Below, one piece after another: positions 28,053 through 36,693 of a stretch of 64,000 nt of DNA; positions within the stretch are counted from its first letter, which is position 1; every line of letters starts with the position of its first letter. The position numbers and the translations under genes were made by a program. The stretch lies in the NCBI GenBank assembly GCA_023410715.1, contig JAEYPN010000030.1, forward strand, positions 48,806 to 112,805, given 5' to 3'. Below the pieces are notes generated by a model that saw only the letters and a list, made by a program, of their open reading frames with translations, had not been told where the DNA came from and did no database searches. Origin of the DNA: Bacillota bacterium (GTDB lineage: Bacteria; Bacillota_I; Bacilli_A; Izemoplasmatales; UBA1188).

Positions 28053-28703
28053 GTGAAAAATCTAGGTATTTATCGAAGACTTATATTAGGCGTTATCACT
28101 ATATTTTTTGCTATTTTAGCGATTATTGGCGGAACATATGCTTGGTACACAGAAAGTGTAAGAGCGAATGTTGAGGACTTAGTTTTACAGGTAAGTGGAA
28201 GAGAAGCCATAGTTAAAATATATTTAGGTCAAGATAGTAATCGTGATGGAATACTTGATTTAGGCGTAGATAATTTGCCAATTTATACAGAAATAGTAAA
28301 TGCAATATATTTTAATTATGATGAGAATGGTGGAAATTTAGAGCCTGGGAATGTCTTTACCTTTAGAATTGTTGTTAAAAATGCTGATGATTTAATGAAT
28401 ATTAGAATAACTGATATTATTGAATTTAATTCTAATTATAATAATTCCAACGAAATAAAAAAAGCAATGCTTCTTAATTATATTAATAATTATCAAGAAG
28501 ATTTATTTGACGTAAGTAATTTATCACTTGAAGATTTTATGAATATAAATAATGGATTTTTTGTTAAAGATTTAGATACTAATCCAATGATGGAATATAT
28601 ATTTGATTTTACTTTGACTTTTGATGGAGATGTAAGCGGAAATGAAGGTCAAGCAGGATACTTATCGATAAAAAAAATTCGGATAAATTTTAGTAAGGAT
28701 TAA
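28053..28703 (+). CDS. TasA/camelysin-like secreted protein (SipW-type signal peptide)
   Basis: GTG start behind an AGGAGGTGG RBS. The N-terminus ...FAILAIIGGTYAWYTESVRANVEDLVLQVSG fits the pattern. A SipW-type peptidase gene starts 2 nt downstream. Confidence 0.6.
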   Translation: MKNLGIYRRLILGVITIFFAILAIIGGTYAWYTESVRANVEDLVLQVSGREAIVKIYLGQDSNRDGILDLGVDNLPIYTEIVNAIYFNYDENGGNLEPGNVFTFRIVVKNADDLMNIRITDIIEFNSNYNNSNEIKKAMLLNYINNYQEDLFDVSNLSLEDFMNINNGFFVKDLDTNPMMEYIFDFTLTFDGDVSGNEGQAGYLSIKKIRINFSKD

Positions 28704-28705
28704 AT

Positions 28706-29266
28706 ATGAAAAAGACAATCTATATCATCACAACAGCACTTACATATTTGTTTATAGTTTTGGCTGGATTAGTTATTATATCTTTTTCAGTAAGTATAAT
28801 TAAAAAAGAACGTCCAAATTTATTTGGTGTTTACTTATTTCACGTTGAAACGCCTTCAATGCAAGGAACTATTGATAAAGGCGATGTTATTATTGTAATT
28901 AGAAAGAAAAAATACCATAAAGATGAAATTATTACTTTTGAATCTATTAATTACTTTCCTGAATTAAAAGGTTATCCTATAACTCATAGAATAGTAGATG
29001 AGGTTGGAAAAGATAAATTATATCAGACCAAAGGTGATAATAATGAGGCTAATGATGATTTTAGAGTTAAAAAAGAGGATATCATTGGTAAATATGTATA
29101 TAAAACATATTTAATTACTGCTTTATATAAACTGTTTGCTTATAAAGATGTCTCATATATTTATGGACCAATTATTATATGTTTTATAATTATTGGTATT
29201 ATATCTATCAAGGAAATAATTAAGTATCAAGTAAAAAAGAAATTAGATGAAACAAAGGCCAAATAA
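28706..29266 (+). CDS. SipW-type signal peptidase I, paralogue 3
   Basis: The Ser box reads VETPSMQG. The His box is PITHRIVD and the QTKGDNNEAND box is intact. N- and C-terminal TM segments are present. Confidence 0.7.
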   Translation: MKKTIYIITTALTYLFIVLAGLVIISFSVSIIKKERPNLFGVYLFHVETPSMQGTIDKGDVIIVIRKKKYHKDEIITFESINYFPELKGYPITHRIVDEVGKDKLYQTKGDNNEANDDFRVKKEDIIGKYVYKTYLITALYKLFAYKDVSYIYGPIIICFIIIGIISIKEIIKYQVKKKLDETKAK

Positions 29267-29276
29267 GGCCTTTTTA
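29254..29276 (+). terminator. Rho-independent terminator ending riboswitch operon 2
   Basis: AAAGGCC-aaataa-GGCCTTT hairpin followed by T's. It overlaps the stop codon. Confidence 0.7.
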
Positions 29277-29395
29277 TATTTATTACACATATAAATAATT
29301 AAAAATATAATAAACTTAATCATTATTATAAAAAAAATGGTAAAATAAAATAGAACAATATTAATGATTATAAGTCGTATTTTATGGAGGAAGAC

Positions 29396-30571
29396 ATGAA
29401 CGATTTAAATGAAAAAGCACTTATTGCCCACAAAATGTGGCAAGGTAAAATAGAAATGAAATCAAGGGTTGACTTAAGTATAAAAGATGAATTAGCAATA
29501 GCATATACCCCAGGGGTAGCCAGTCCTTGTTTAGAAATAGAAAAAGATATAAATAACAGTTATATTTATACCAGAAGATGGAATACCATCGCTGTCATTA
29601 CTGATGGGACATCTGTTTTAGGACTTGGTGATATTGGCCCTGAAGCTGGTATGCCGGTTATGGAAGGAAAAGCACTATTATTTAAGACATTTGGTGATGT
29701 TGACGCTATTCCATTATGTTTGAAAACTAAAGATGTTGATGAAATTGTTAGAACTGTTTATTTGTTATCTGGATCTTTTGGTGGGATAAATCTAGAAGAT
29801 ATTTCCGCTCCACGTTGTTTTGAAATTGAAGAAAAACTTAAAAAAATTTGTGATATTCCCGTTTTTCATGATGATCAACATGGAACAGCAATCGTTGTTG
29901 GTGCAGCATTAATTAATGCTTTAAAAGTGGTTAAGAAAGATATGAAAGATATTAAATGCGTTATTAATGGAGCAGGAGCTGCTGGTGTTTCTATTGGTAA
30001 ATTCTTAATGACTCTTGGCGTTAAAAACATTATTTTCTGTGATAAAGAAGGAGTTATTTATGATGGCAAACCTAATTTGAACTATGTTCATCAAGAATTA
30101 GCGAAAATATCAAATAAAGATAAAATAACAGGTAATCTTAAAGAAGCTTTAGTAAAGGCTGATGTGTTTATTGGTGTTTCAGCACCTAACGTTGTTACTA
30201 AAGAAATGGTTACATCTATGGCTAAAGATGCCATTTGTTTTCCTCTGGCAAATCCTGTTCCCGAAATATCCTATGATGATGCAAAAGAAGCTGGGGCAAA
30301 GATTATTGGCACGGGAAGTTCAAAATTTCCTAACCAAATTAATAATGTTTTAGTTTTTCCTGGACTATTTAGAGGAGTATTAGATGCAAGAGCGAGCGAT
30401 ATTAATGATGAAATAATGATATCTGCAGCTTATGCCATTGCATCAATGATCAATGATGAAGATTTAAACGAGCATAATATTATCCCTCCTGCTACTTCAA
30501 AAGAGATTCATAAAAGAGTAGCTGAGGCAGTAAAAATAATGGCTATAAAAACAAAGGTTAGTAGAATATAA
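29396..30571 (+). CDS. NAD(P)-dependent malic enzyme (short form)
   Basis: [53 protein letters not shown] and NGAGAAG motifs are present. The start was moved to ATG 29396, behind a GGAGG RBS. Confidence 0.9.
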   Translation: MNDLNEKALIAHKMWQGKIEMKSRVDLSIKDELAIAYTPGVASPCLEIEKDINNSYIYTRRWNTIAVITDGTSVLGLGDIGPEAGMPVMEGKALLFKTFGDVDAIPLCLKTKDVDEIVRTVYLLSGSFGGINLEDISAPRCFEIEEKLKKICDIPVFHDDQHGTAIVVGAALINALKVVKKDMKDIKCVINGAGAAGVSIGKFLMTLGVKNIIFCDKEGVIYDGKPNLNYVHQELAKISNKDKITGNLKEALVKADVFIGVSAPNVVTKEMVTSMAKDAICFPLANPVPEISYDDAKEAGAKIIGTGSSKFPNQINNVLVFPGLFRGVLDARASDINDEIMISAAYAIASMINDEDLNEHNIIPPATSKEIHKRVAEAVKIMAIKTKVSRI

Positions 30572-30575
30572 AAAT

Positions 30576-30599
30576 CAAGTCTTTTATAGGCTTGTTTTT
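30576..30599 (+). terminator. Rho-independent terminator
   Basis: CAAGTC-ttttata-GGCTTG hairpin (one G-U pair) followed by TTTTT. Confidence 0.55.
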
Positions 30600-30689
30600 A
30601 AATTGTGACAAATTAATTAGTTAAATTTATTACAATATTAATTATGATTAGGTATTTGTAAAATATTGTAGGAAAAAAGACCCCCTTAA

Positions 30690-30718
30690 TAGACAAAAAT
30701 ACTCGGGTATGCTATAAT
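30690..30718 (+). promoter_or_regulatory. Sigma-A-type promoter with extended -10
   Basis: TAGACA (30690-95), 17 nt spacer, TGcTATAAT (TATAAT 30713-18). Confidence 0.5.
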
Positions 30719-30796
30719 TATATTGAGTTAAATTTTACCAAATTGTTAAAGATAATTTTGGATTATTTTAATAAACAACTTAAAGAAAGTAGTGGT

Positions 30797-32071
30797 ATGA
30801 TGAATATACTTGAATTTTTAAAAAATAATATTAGCCCTTATCATTTAGTTGCAAGGGTTAAAGAAGAATTAATAAAAAATGATTTTATAGAACTTAATGT
30901 TTATGAAAAATGGACTTTAGAAAAAGGAAGAAAATATTTTTATATTAAAAATGATGCATCGCTTGTGGCTTTTAAATTACCTAATGATCAAGCTAATTTA
31001 AAATATATTATTTCAGCAAGTCATGTGGATCATCCAACATTTAAAGTTAAACCACAAAATAAAATTGAACATAATAATAACTTTTATGTTAATACATCAC
31101 CTTATGGTGGTTTAATATTATCAACATTTTTTGATCGCCCATTATCAATTGCTGGTCGCGTATTTGTAAATGAAAATGGCGTAATTAAAAATAAACTTGT
31201 CAATTTTGATCGTGATTTAATGATCATTCCTTCTTTACCAATTCATTTTGGTAAAGTTACTGAACCAAACCCACAAACAGATATGTTACCAATAATGTCA
31301 CTTGAAAGTGAAAATTCATCTGTTGACGATTTATTAAAGAAGGAAGCAAAGATTGAGAACTATGTAAGTTATGATTTATTCTTATATAATTGTGATGAAT
31401 ATAAAATCTTTGGAGCTAATAATGAATTTTTAGGTGGAGTAGGACTTGATGACGCCTTAGGTGTTTTTACATCTTTAGTTGGCTTTATAAGAGCTAATGA
31501 TAGCAATAATATTAATGTTTTATATCTAACAAACAATGAGGAAGTAGGTTCAATGAGCAATACTGGGGCTGACTCAAATGTTTTAGATGTCGCAATTAAA
31601 AGAATCAATAAGCTTTATAACTTAACTGATGAAGAACAAGAAATTGCTTTAGCTAAATCACTACTTATTTCTGTAGATAATGCCCATGCATTTAATAATA
31701 ACTTTGCTTCTAAATATGATAATACAAACCGCGTATACTTAAATAAAGGTGTTGTAATTAAACATAGCGCTAATATGTTATATACAACTGATGCCATATC
31801 AAATGCAATGTTTAAATCATGTTTAGATAAAAAACAAATTCCTTACCAGGAATTTGTAAATAGAAGTGATATTAGAGGTGGTTCGACTTTAGGTGCCATT
31901 CTATTAAGCCATGTAAGTATTAATAGTATCGATATTGGTTTGCCACAACTTGCTATGCATTCAGCTTATGAAACAAGCGGATTAAAAGATATTGATTACA
32001 TGATTGATGCGATAAAAGCAATGTATGAAGCAGATTTTATTTTTAAAGAAGGACAAATAATCATTAGATAG
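30797..32071 (+). CDS. M18 family aminopeptidase
   Basis: MMNILEFLKNNISPYH, SASHVDHPTFKVKP, GLDDALG, NNEEVGS and HSAYE motifs are typical of M18 aminopeptidases. The ORF-track start (TTG 30743) is probably too far upstream, and the start remains uncertain. Confidence 0.85.
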   Translation: MMNILEFLKNNISPYHLVARVKEELIKNDFIELNVYEKWTLEKGRKYFYIKNDASLVAFKLPNDQANLKYIISASHVDHPTFKVKPQNKIEHNNNFYVNTSPYGGLILSTFFDRPLSIAGRVFVNENGVIKNKLVNFDRDLMIIPSLPIHFGKVTEPNPQTDMLPIMSLESENSSVDDLLKKEAKIENYVSYDLFLYNCDEYKIFGANNEFLGGVGLDDALGVFTSLVGFIRANDSNNINVLYLTNNEEVGSMSNTGADSNVLDVAIKRINKLYNLTDEEQEIALAKSLLISVDNAHAFNNNFASKYDNTNRVYLNKGVVIKHSANMLYTTDAISNAMFKSCLDKKQIPYQEFVNRSDIRGGSTLGAILLSHVSINSIDIGLPQLAMHSAYETSGLKDIDYMIDAIKAMYEADFIFKEGQIIIR

Positions 32072-32081
32072 AAGGTGACTG

Positions 32082-32654
32082 ATGCGTATTTTAATTTTAG
32101 GATTTACCAAGTTTAATGGCATGTTATATAATAGTTCAGAAGAAGCAGTTAAAATGGCGGATGTAAAAAATGATGTTTATAAAGCATATCTACCTGTTTC
32201 TTATGATAAGGCAACTGATGTATTGTTAGATAGTGTAGATAAGATTAATCCTGATATGGTCATTTTGTTTGGCCAAGCAGGTAATTCAAGTAAAATTAAA
32301 GTTGAAACAAGGGCAATAAATTTAATGGATTCAATGAGTCCTGATGTATTTGGTGTAATTAAAACGAACGAAAAAATTATTCTTTCTGGCAGCGATTTTA
32401 TTTCAACACTTGTGAATGTTGAAAATCTTGTTGAATATTTGAAATCAGCAGATATTGATGCTGAAGTATCGTTTGATTGTGGGACATATTTATGTAATAA
32501 AACGTATTATGAAGCAATGTATTATCTAAATATACCATGTGTGTTCATTCATCTTCCTCTTTTTACTGGGCAAGATTTTGATCCAAGATATGTATATGAG
32601 AATATTGAAAAATTAGTTAAAACAGTTGAATTATCAACAAATTTTTTTAGGTAG
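32082..32654 (+). CDS. pcp: Pyroglutamyl-peptidase I (C15)
   Basis: MRILILGF N-terminus, LFGQAG, the Cys box CGTYLCN and the His box VFIHLP. Confidence 0.8.
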   Translation: MRILILGFTKFNGMLYNSSEEAVKMADVKNDVYKAYLPVSYDKATDVLLDSVDKINPDMVILFGQAGNSSKIKVETRAINLMDSMSPDVFGVIKTNEKIILSGSDFISTLVNVENLVEYLKSADIDAEVSFDCGTYLCNKTYYEAMYYLNIPCVFIHLPLFTGQDFDPRYVYENIEKLVKTVELSTNFFR

Positions 32655-32663
32655 GTATAAAGT

Positions 32664-33047
32664 ATGAAATGGTTAGAAGAAGTATTAGTATTTGTAATTA
32701 AATTATTTATATATCCGATTGTTTTTGTCTTACTGATTCCGTTTTTTGTGATAGTTGGCATTATCTCGACTATCTATTTAATAACAATTACGATTAAGCA
32801 AACAAGAAAATATCAGAACTTTTATCTTATTAAAGTCAAGGATTTCTGGAAATATTATCAATCTAAAACAAATGATTTTTTTATAAAGCTTAGAACTTAT
32901 GTTGAAAATTCGGCTTTAACTCGCAATATGGACGTCTTTATGATGTTACTATATTATACATTTTATGTAATTGAAATGATAATTTCTTTCTTGATGTTAC
33001 TAATTGTCACGATATTCAATTTATTATTTGGATATTTATATTTATAG
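32664..33047 (+). CDS. Small membrane protein, unknown function
   Basis: 127-aa ORF with hydrophobic helices at both ends. No family recognised. Confidence 0.4.
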   Translation: MKWLEEVLVFVIKLFIYPIVFVLLIPFFVIVGIISTIYLITITIKQTRKYQNFYLIKVKDFWKYYQSKTNDFFIKLRTYVENSALTRNMDVFMMLLYYTFYVIEMIISFLMLLIVTIFNLLFGYLYL

Positions 33048-33056
33048 GTGTTTATT

Positions 33057-34220
33057 ATGTATGCAACAATATTTTTAAAGAAAAACGAAGAAACTCGTCT
33101 CAAGGAAGGCCATCCTTGGGTTTTTTCAAGTGAAGTAGATAAAATCAAAGGATATTTTGTATCTGGGGATTTAGTCGAAGTTAGGGCGTTTAATAATGAA
33201 TTTATAGGTATTGGTTATGTCAATACTGCCTCAAAGATTTGGATTAGATTACTAACTAGAAATGAAGAAATTATTGATGAAGATTTCTTCTTAGGAAAAA
33301 TTAGAGAAGCTAATGATTTAAAGAAGATGCTTGGTTTTGAAAATAACTACCGAGTTGTCTTTGCTGAAGCAGACTTCTTACCAGGCTTAATCATCGATAA
33401 ATATGGTGATTATTTAGTTGCTCAGTTTTTAACCCTTGGAATGGATAAAAGAAAAGACTTAATTATTAGTGCTTTAGTTAAAATATTTAATCCACTTGGC
33501 ATCTATGAAAGAAGCGATGTTGATGTAAGACTTAAAGAAGGCCTAGAAAAAATTAAGGAAGTAAGATATGGAAATGTTCCTGAAAGTATTGAAATTATTG
33601 AAAATGGTATTAAACTTAATATTGATATAATTAATGGACAAAAGACTGGTTATTTTTTAGATCAAAAAAAGAATCGCTTGTTTTTACAAAACATCTCTTA
33701 TGGTAAAGATGTTCTAGATTGTTTTTCAAATGTTGGTGGTTTTGGACTAAATGCCTTAAAGGGTGGAGCTAAAAATGTGACATTTGTTGATATTTCTAAA
33801 AGAGCGTGCGAGGAAATTGAACGGAATGCAAAATTAAATAATTTTATAAACTATCGTGTTTTATGTGAAGATGTATTTAATTATTTAAAAACAGTAAAAG
33901 AAGAGTTTGATATTGTGGTCCTTGATCCCCCTGCATTCACAAAAACTAAAGAAAAGAAAGAAAATGCTTATAAGGGCTATAAAGAAATTAATTCTTTAGG
34001 AATAAAGCTAGTTAAAAATCATGGAATTCTAATTAGCTGTTCATGTTCAGAACATATGGACCGCATAACTTTCTTATCGTTATTTAAAGAAATAAATTAT
34101 GAAAACAACTATCATTTAAAATTAATTGGGGAATTTTATCAATCATTTGATCATCCACGTCTTATTGGCGCTGATGAAAACCTGTATTTAAAATGTTTAG
34201 TATTTGAGGTAGTAAAATGA
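33057..34220 (+). CDS. Class I SAM-dependent rRNA (m5C) methyltransferase, RlmI/YwbD-like
   Basis: The N-terminus KKNEETRLKEGHPWVF is PUA-like. It also has GYFLDQKKNR, LDCFSNVGGFG (SAM motif I) and VVLDPPAF. The start was moved to ATG 33057. Confidence 0.75.
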   Translation: MYATIFLKKNEETRLKEGHPWVFSSEVDKIKGYFVSGDLVEVRAFNNEFIGIGYVNTASKIWIRLLTRNEEIIDEDFFLGKIREANDLKKMLGFENNYRVVFAEADFLPGLIIDKYGDYLVAQFLTLGMDKRKDLIISALVKIFNPLGIYERSDVDVRLKEGLEKIKEVRYGNVPESIEIIENGIKLNIDIINGQKTGYFLDQKKNRLFLQNISYGKDVLDCFSNVGGFGLNALKGGAKNVTFVDISKRACEEIERNAKLNNFINYRVLCEDVFNYLKTVKEEFDIVVLDPPAFTKTKEKKENAYKGYKEINSLGIKLVKNHGILISCSCSEHMDRITFLSLFKEINYENNYHLKLIGEFYQSFDHPRLIGADENLYLKCLVFEVVK

Positions 34221-34795
34221 AAATAAAAAATGCAGAATATATTTTAACAGCAGTCAATGAAAAACAATACCCAACAGATCATTTAAAAGAGATTATTTTA
34301 GCAGGACGTTCTAATGTTGGTAAATCTTCGTTTATTAATTCTATAGCTAACAATAATAAACTGGCCAGAGTTTCATCAACCCCTGGGAAAACTGCGACCT
34401 TAAATTTTTATTTGATCAATAAAGAATTTTATTTTGTTGATGCACCAGGTTATGGCTATGCTAAAAGGTCAAAAGAAGAAATTGAAAAGTTTGGATTAAT
34501 GTTTGAAAAATATTTAACCGAGAGAAAAAATTTAGTATTAGCTATATTACTTGTTGATTTTCGTCATGAACCAACTATGGATGATGTAATTATGTATCAG
34601 GGCTTTAAACAACTTAATCTTCCTGTATTAATTATTTTAACAAAAGCAGATAAAGTAAAAAATTCAGAAAAAAACATTAATAAAAAATTAATTAAAGATA
34701 AGCTAAATATTTCTGGTGATGATATGATCGAATATTCTATCACGACTAAAATTAATCACGATACTATTTTAAACACAATTGAAAAGTATTTGTAA
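34217..34795 (+). CDS. engB: Ribosome-biogenesis GTPase EngB/YsxC
   Basis: GRSNVGKSSFIN (G1), TPGKT (G2), DAPGYG (G3) and TKADK (G4). A 4-nt overlap links it to the upstream gene. Confidence 0.9.
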   Translation: MKIKNAEYILTAVNEKQYPTDHLKEIILAGRSNVGKSSFINSIANNNKLARVSSTPGKTATLNFYLINKEFYFVDAPGYGYAKRSKEEIEKFGLMFEKYLTERKNLVLAILLVDFRHEPTMDDVIMYQGFKQLNLPVLIILTKADKVKNSEKNINKKLIKDKLNISGDDMIEYSITTKINHDTILNTIEKYL

Positions 34796-34842
34796 ATATG
34801 CATAATTTTGATAAGTTATGCATATTTTTTATTGGTGATATA

Positions 34843-35475
34843 ATGAAATATGAAATTCCAATTTTTAAAACAATTACAATTGAGGGCTTAGATGATATTG
34901 TTGATCTAGATTATCAGCTAAAGGATACAAGCTTTAGTGATGATGAAATTAATGGTGTTTTAGAAGTCAGAGGTATTTATAAAAATAAAGATGGTATTGA
35001 AACACCATTTAATGAAGATTTAAACTTTACGGTTTTGTCGCCTAATGATAATGAAAAGTCATTAGACATAACCCATTTTGATTATGAAGTTGTAAAGAAT
35101 CATGGTTTAGAAATTTTATTTACAATTGAAGTTGAAGTCGATGACGAAAAGAAAGCCATCATCAAAAATGATATGGTTAATAAGCTAGAAGAAGAAATAA
35201 GATCAGAAACTAAAAATGTAGTACGTGATGAAGAAATTATTGAAGCAAAAACAAAACTAAAAAATATCGTTGATAGTAGTGAACATGGTGAAGAAGAAGA
35301 TTATTTATTGCCACTAGAGGATAAATATGTTAATTATTGCTATCATTTTATTAATAATGAAAATGAAATTGAGAGTTTAGCCAGAGAATACAATGTAAAT
35401 GTGACTGATATATATAAAGTTAATAAATATAATATAAAAGATCGTGTTTTGATTATTTATGATAGCGAAGATTAA
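34843..35475 (+). CDS. SpoVID-like protein (acidic, with a C-terminal LysM-like segment), tentative
   Basis: ATG 34843 lies behind a GGTGA RBS and is preferred over 34798. The middle of the protein is acidic. The C-terminal ...IESLAREYNVNVTDIYKVNKYNIKDRVLIIY resembles LysM. Its position next to engB and a ysxE-like gene matches the B. subtilis spoVID-ysxE arrangement. Confidence 0.35.
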   Translation: MKYEIPIFKTITIEGLDDIVDLDYQLKDTSFSDDEINGVLEVRGIYKNKDGIETPFNEDLNFTVLSPNDNEKSLDITHFDYEVVKNHGLEILFTIEVEVDDEKKAIIKNDMVNKLEEEIRSETKNVVRDEEIIEAKTKLKNIVDSSEHGEEEDYLLPLEDKYVNYCYHFINNENEIESLAREYNVNVTDIYKVNKYNIKDRVLIIYDSED

Positions 35476-36388
35476 AGAGCTTTTACGATTAAACTATAAT
35501 TTATATGCCCAAAATGTCATCCAGATTTCACCGTGTGTTTTTCTAATTGATAAGCGATATATTTTAAAGAAAACAAATAAAAAAACTGAATATATCTATA
35601 CATATTTATATTCAACTAATTTAGAGAATGTTATTTTACCACTTAAAACGTTAAGTGGTAATTTTACCTTTAATTACAATAATGAATTGTATTATCTAAT
35701 GCCTTTTGTTGAAAATATTCCTTATCCAAACTCAAGAAAAATTCTTGAATTAAAAAACGAGTTAAGTAAACTTCATAAAAGCACATCTCACTCTGCTAAA
35801 CTTAAAATAAATAAGATATATAAAAAGCTTTATTTGATTTATAAAACCTTAAATGTTAAATTTTCTTTAATTGAAACATTTATTAGGGAAATAGAAATAA
35901 AAGATAATTATGATGATTTAGATTTAATTTTCTTAAATAATTATAATTTTTACTTACGTTTAAAACAGATCATGTATGAATCACAAAAGGTTATCCATAA
36001 ATACCTAGATGAAGAATTTCCAGTTAACTATAGCTTAATTCATATGTATCCGGAAGTAACCCATTTTTTAAGTAATAATAAAAAGTTTCTAATATCTTTT
36101 GAAAAAGCAAAAATTGGTTTACCAATTATTGATATTTATCGTTTTTATATCTTAAATGAAGATAATGAAATTAATGTTGTAAGAATTGTTAAAGAATGGC
36201 TCGATGAATATAATCATCCGTTTTATACGAATTATTTCTTTTTTATGACCGCGTATACTTATTTATTGTTAATTGATGACACAAGTGATAAAAAATGTAG
36301 CATTGAAAAATACCTATATGTTATTGAAAAAATAAAAAAAGTTCTCTTTTTAACAGAGAAAAAAGAGACAAGTGACAACGAATATTAA
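35459..36388 (+). CDS. YsxE/CotS-like protein (tentative)
   Basis: 309-aa ORF overlapping the upstream gene by 17 nt. The assignment rests on synteny and weak kinase-like-fold hints only. Confidence 0.3.
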   Translation: MIAKIKELLRLNYNLYAQNVIQISPCVFLIDKRYILKKTNKKTEYIYTYLYSTNLENVILPLKTLSGNFTFNYNNELYYLMPFVENIPYPNSRKILELKNELSKLHKSTSHSAKLKINKIYKKLYLIYKTLNVKFSLIETFIREIEIKDNYDDLDLIFLNNYNFYLRLKQIMYESQKVIHKYLDEEFPVNYSLIHMYPEVTHFLSNNKKFLISFEKAKIGLPIIDIYRFYILNEDNEINVVRIVKEWLDEYNHPFYTNYFFFMTAYTYLLLIDDTSDKKCSIEKYLYVIEKIKKVLFLTEKKETSDNEY

Positions 36389-36517
36389 TATATCAATAAA
36401 TATTAACCAAAAGTTAAAACCAAATGGGAAAATACAAGTAATAATTATTTGATAAACGATAATGCCTAGCATTATCACGCGACTTAAATAACCAATGTTA
36501 TAACGAATTCTATTCAT
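36350..36517 (-). CDS. Candidate 55-aa hydrophobic small protein (not in ORF track)
   Basis: My hand translation gives MNRIRYNIGYLSRVIMLGIIVYQIIITCIFPFGFNFWLIFIDILIFVVTCLFFLC. The ATG at 36517 is preceded by AGGGGGTAC. It overlaps the 3' end of the convergent 35459-36388 gene by 39 nt. Confidence 0.3.
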   Translation of the reverse strand: MNRIRYNIGYLSRVIMLGIIVYQIIITCIFPFGFNFWLIFIDILIFVVTCLFFLC

Positions 36518-36693
36518 AGTACCCCCTAATATATAATATGCTTTGTGGGTGAATTTGTGAAAAAAAACTTTTAAATAAATAGAAAATAAGATATAATTAT
36601 ATGTAGTACACTAAATAATTCATTTTTTATATTTAGTAGATATTAAAGACAATACACAAAGCGAGGTGAAATCGGGTTTTTATCCGGTTAGAA

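Noticed and set aside
5169-29395. Whether the ~24 kb fibre/adhesin block is a mobile genomic island.
   Set aside because: I see no integrase, transposase, flanking tRNA gene or direct repeats at the borders, and no obvious compositional break by eye. It may still be accessory, but mobility is not supported from this window. A formal GC-skew or k-mer test was not run.
30162-30353. Same-strand alternative-frame ORFs lie inside well-supported genes (30162-30353 in the malic enzyme, 37527-37709, 57690-57878, 61448-61720).
   Set aside because: They are embedded in genes with clear family motifs in the primary frame. They have no RBS and show no conservation signal that can be judged here.
36389-36693. 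The 300-nt gap before the 36694 ORF as a possible riboswitch or sRNA. It contains a CGGG-tttttat-CCGG hairpin at about 36673-36688.
   Set aside because: It matches no riboswitch core motif I can recognise. The hairpin is short and imperfect. Part of the gap is better explained by the small minus-strand ORF.
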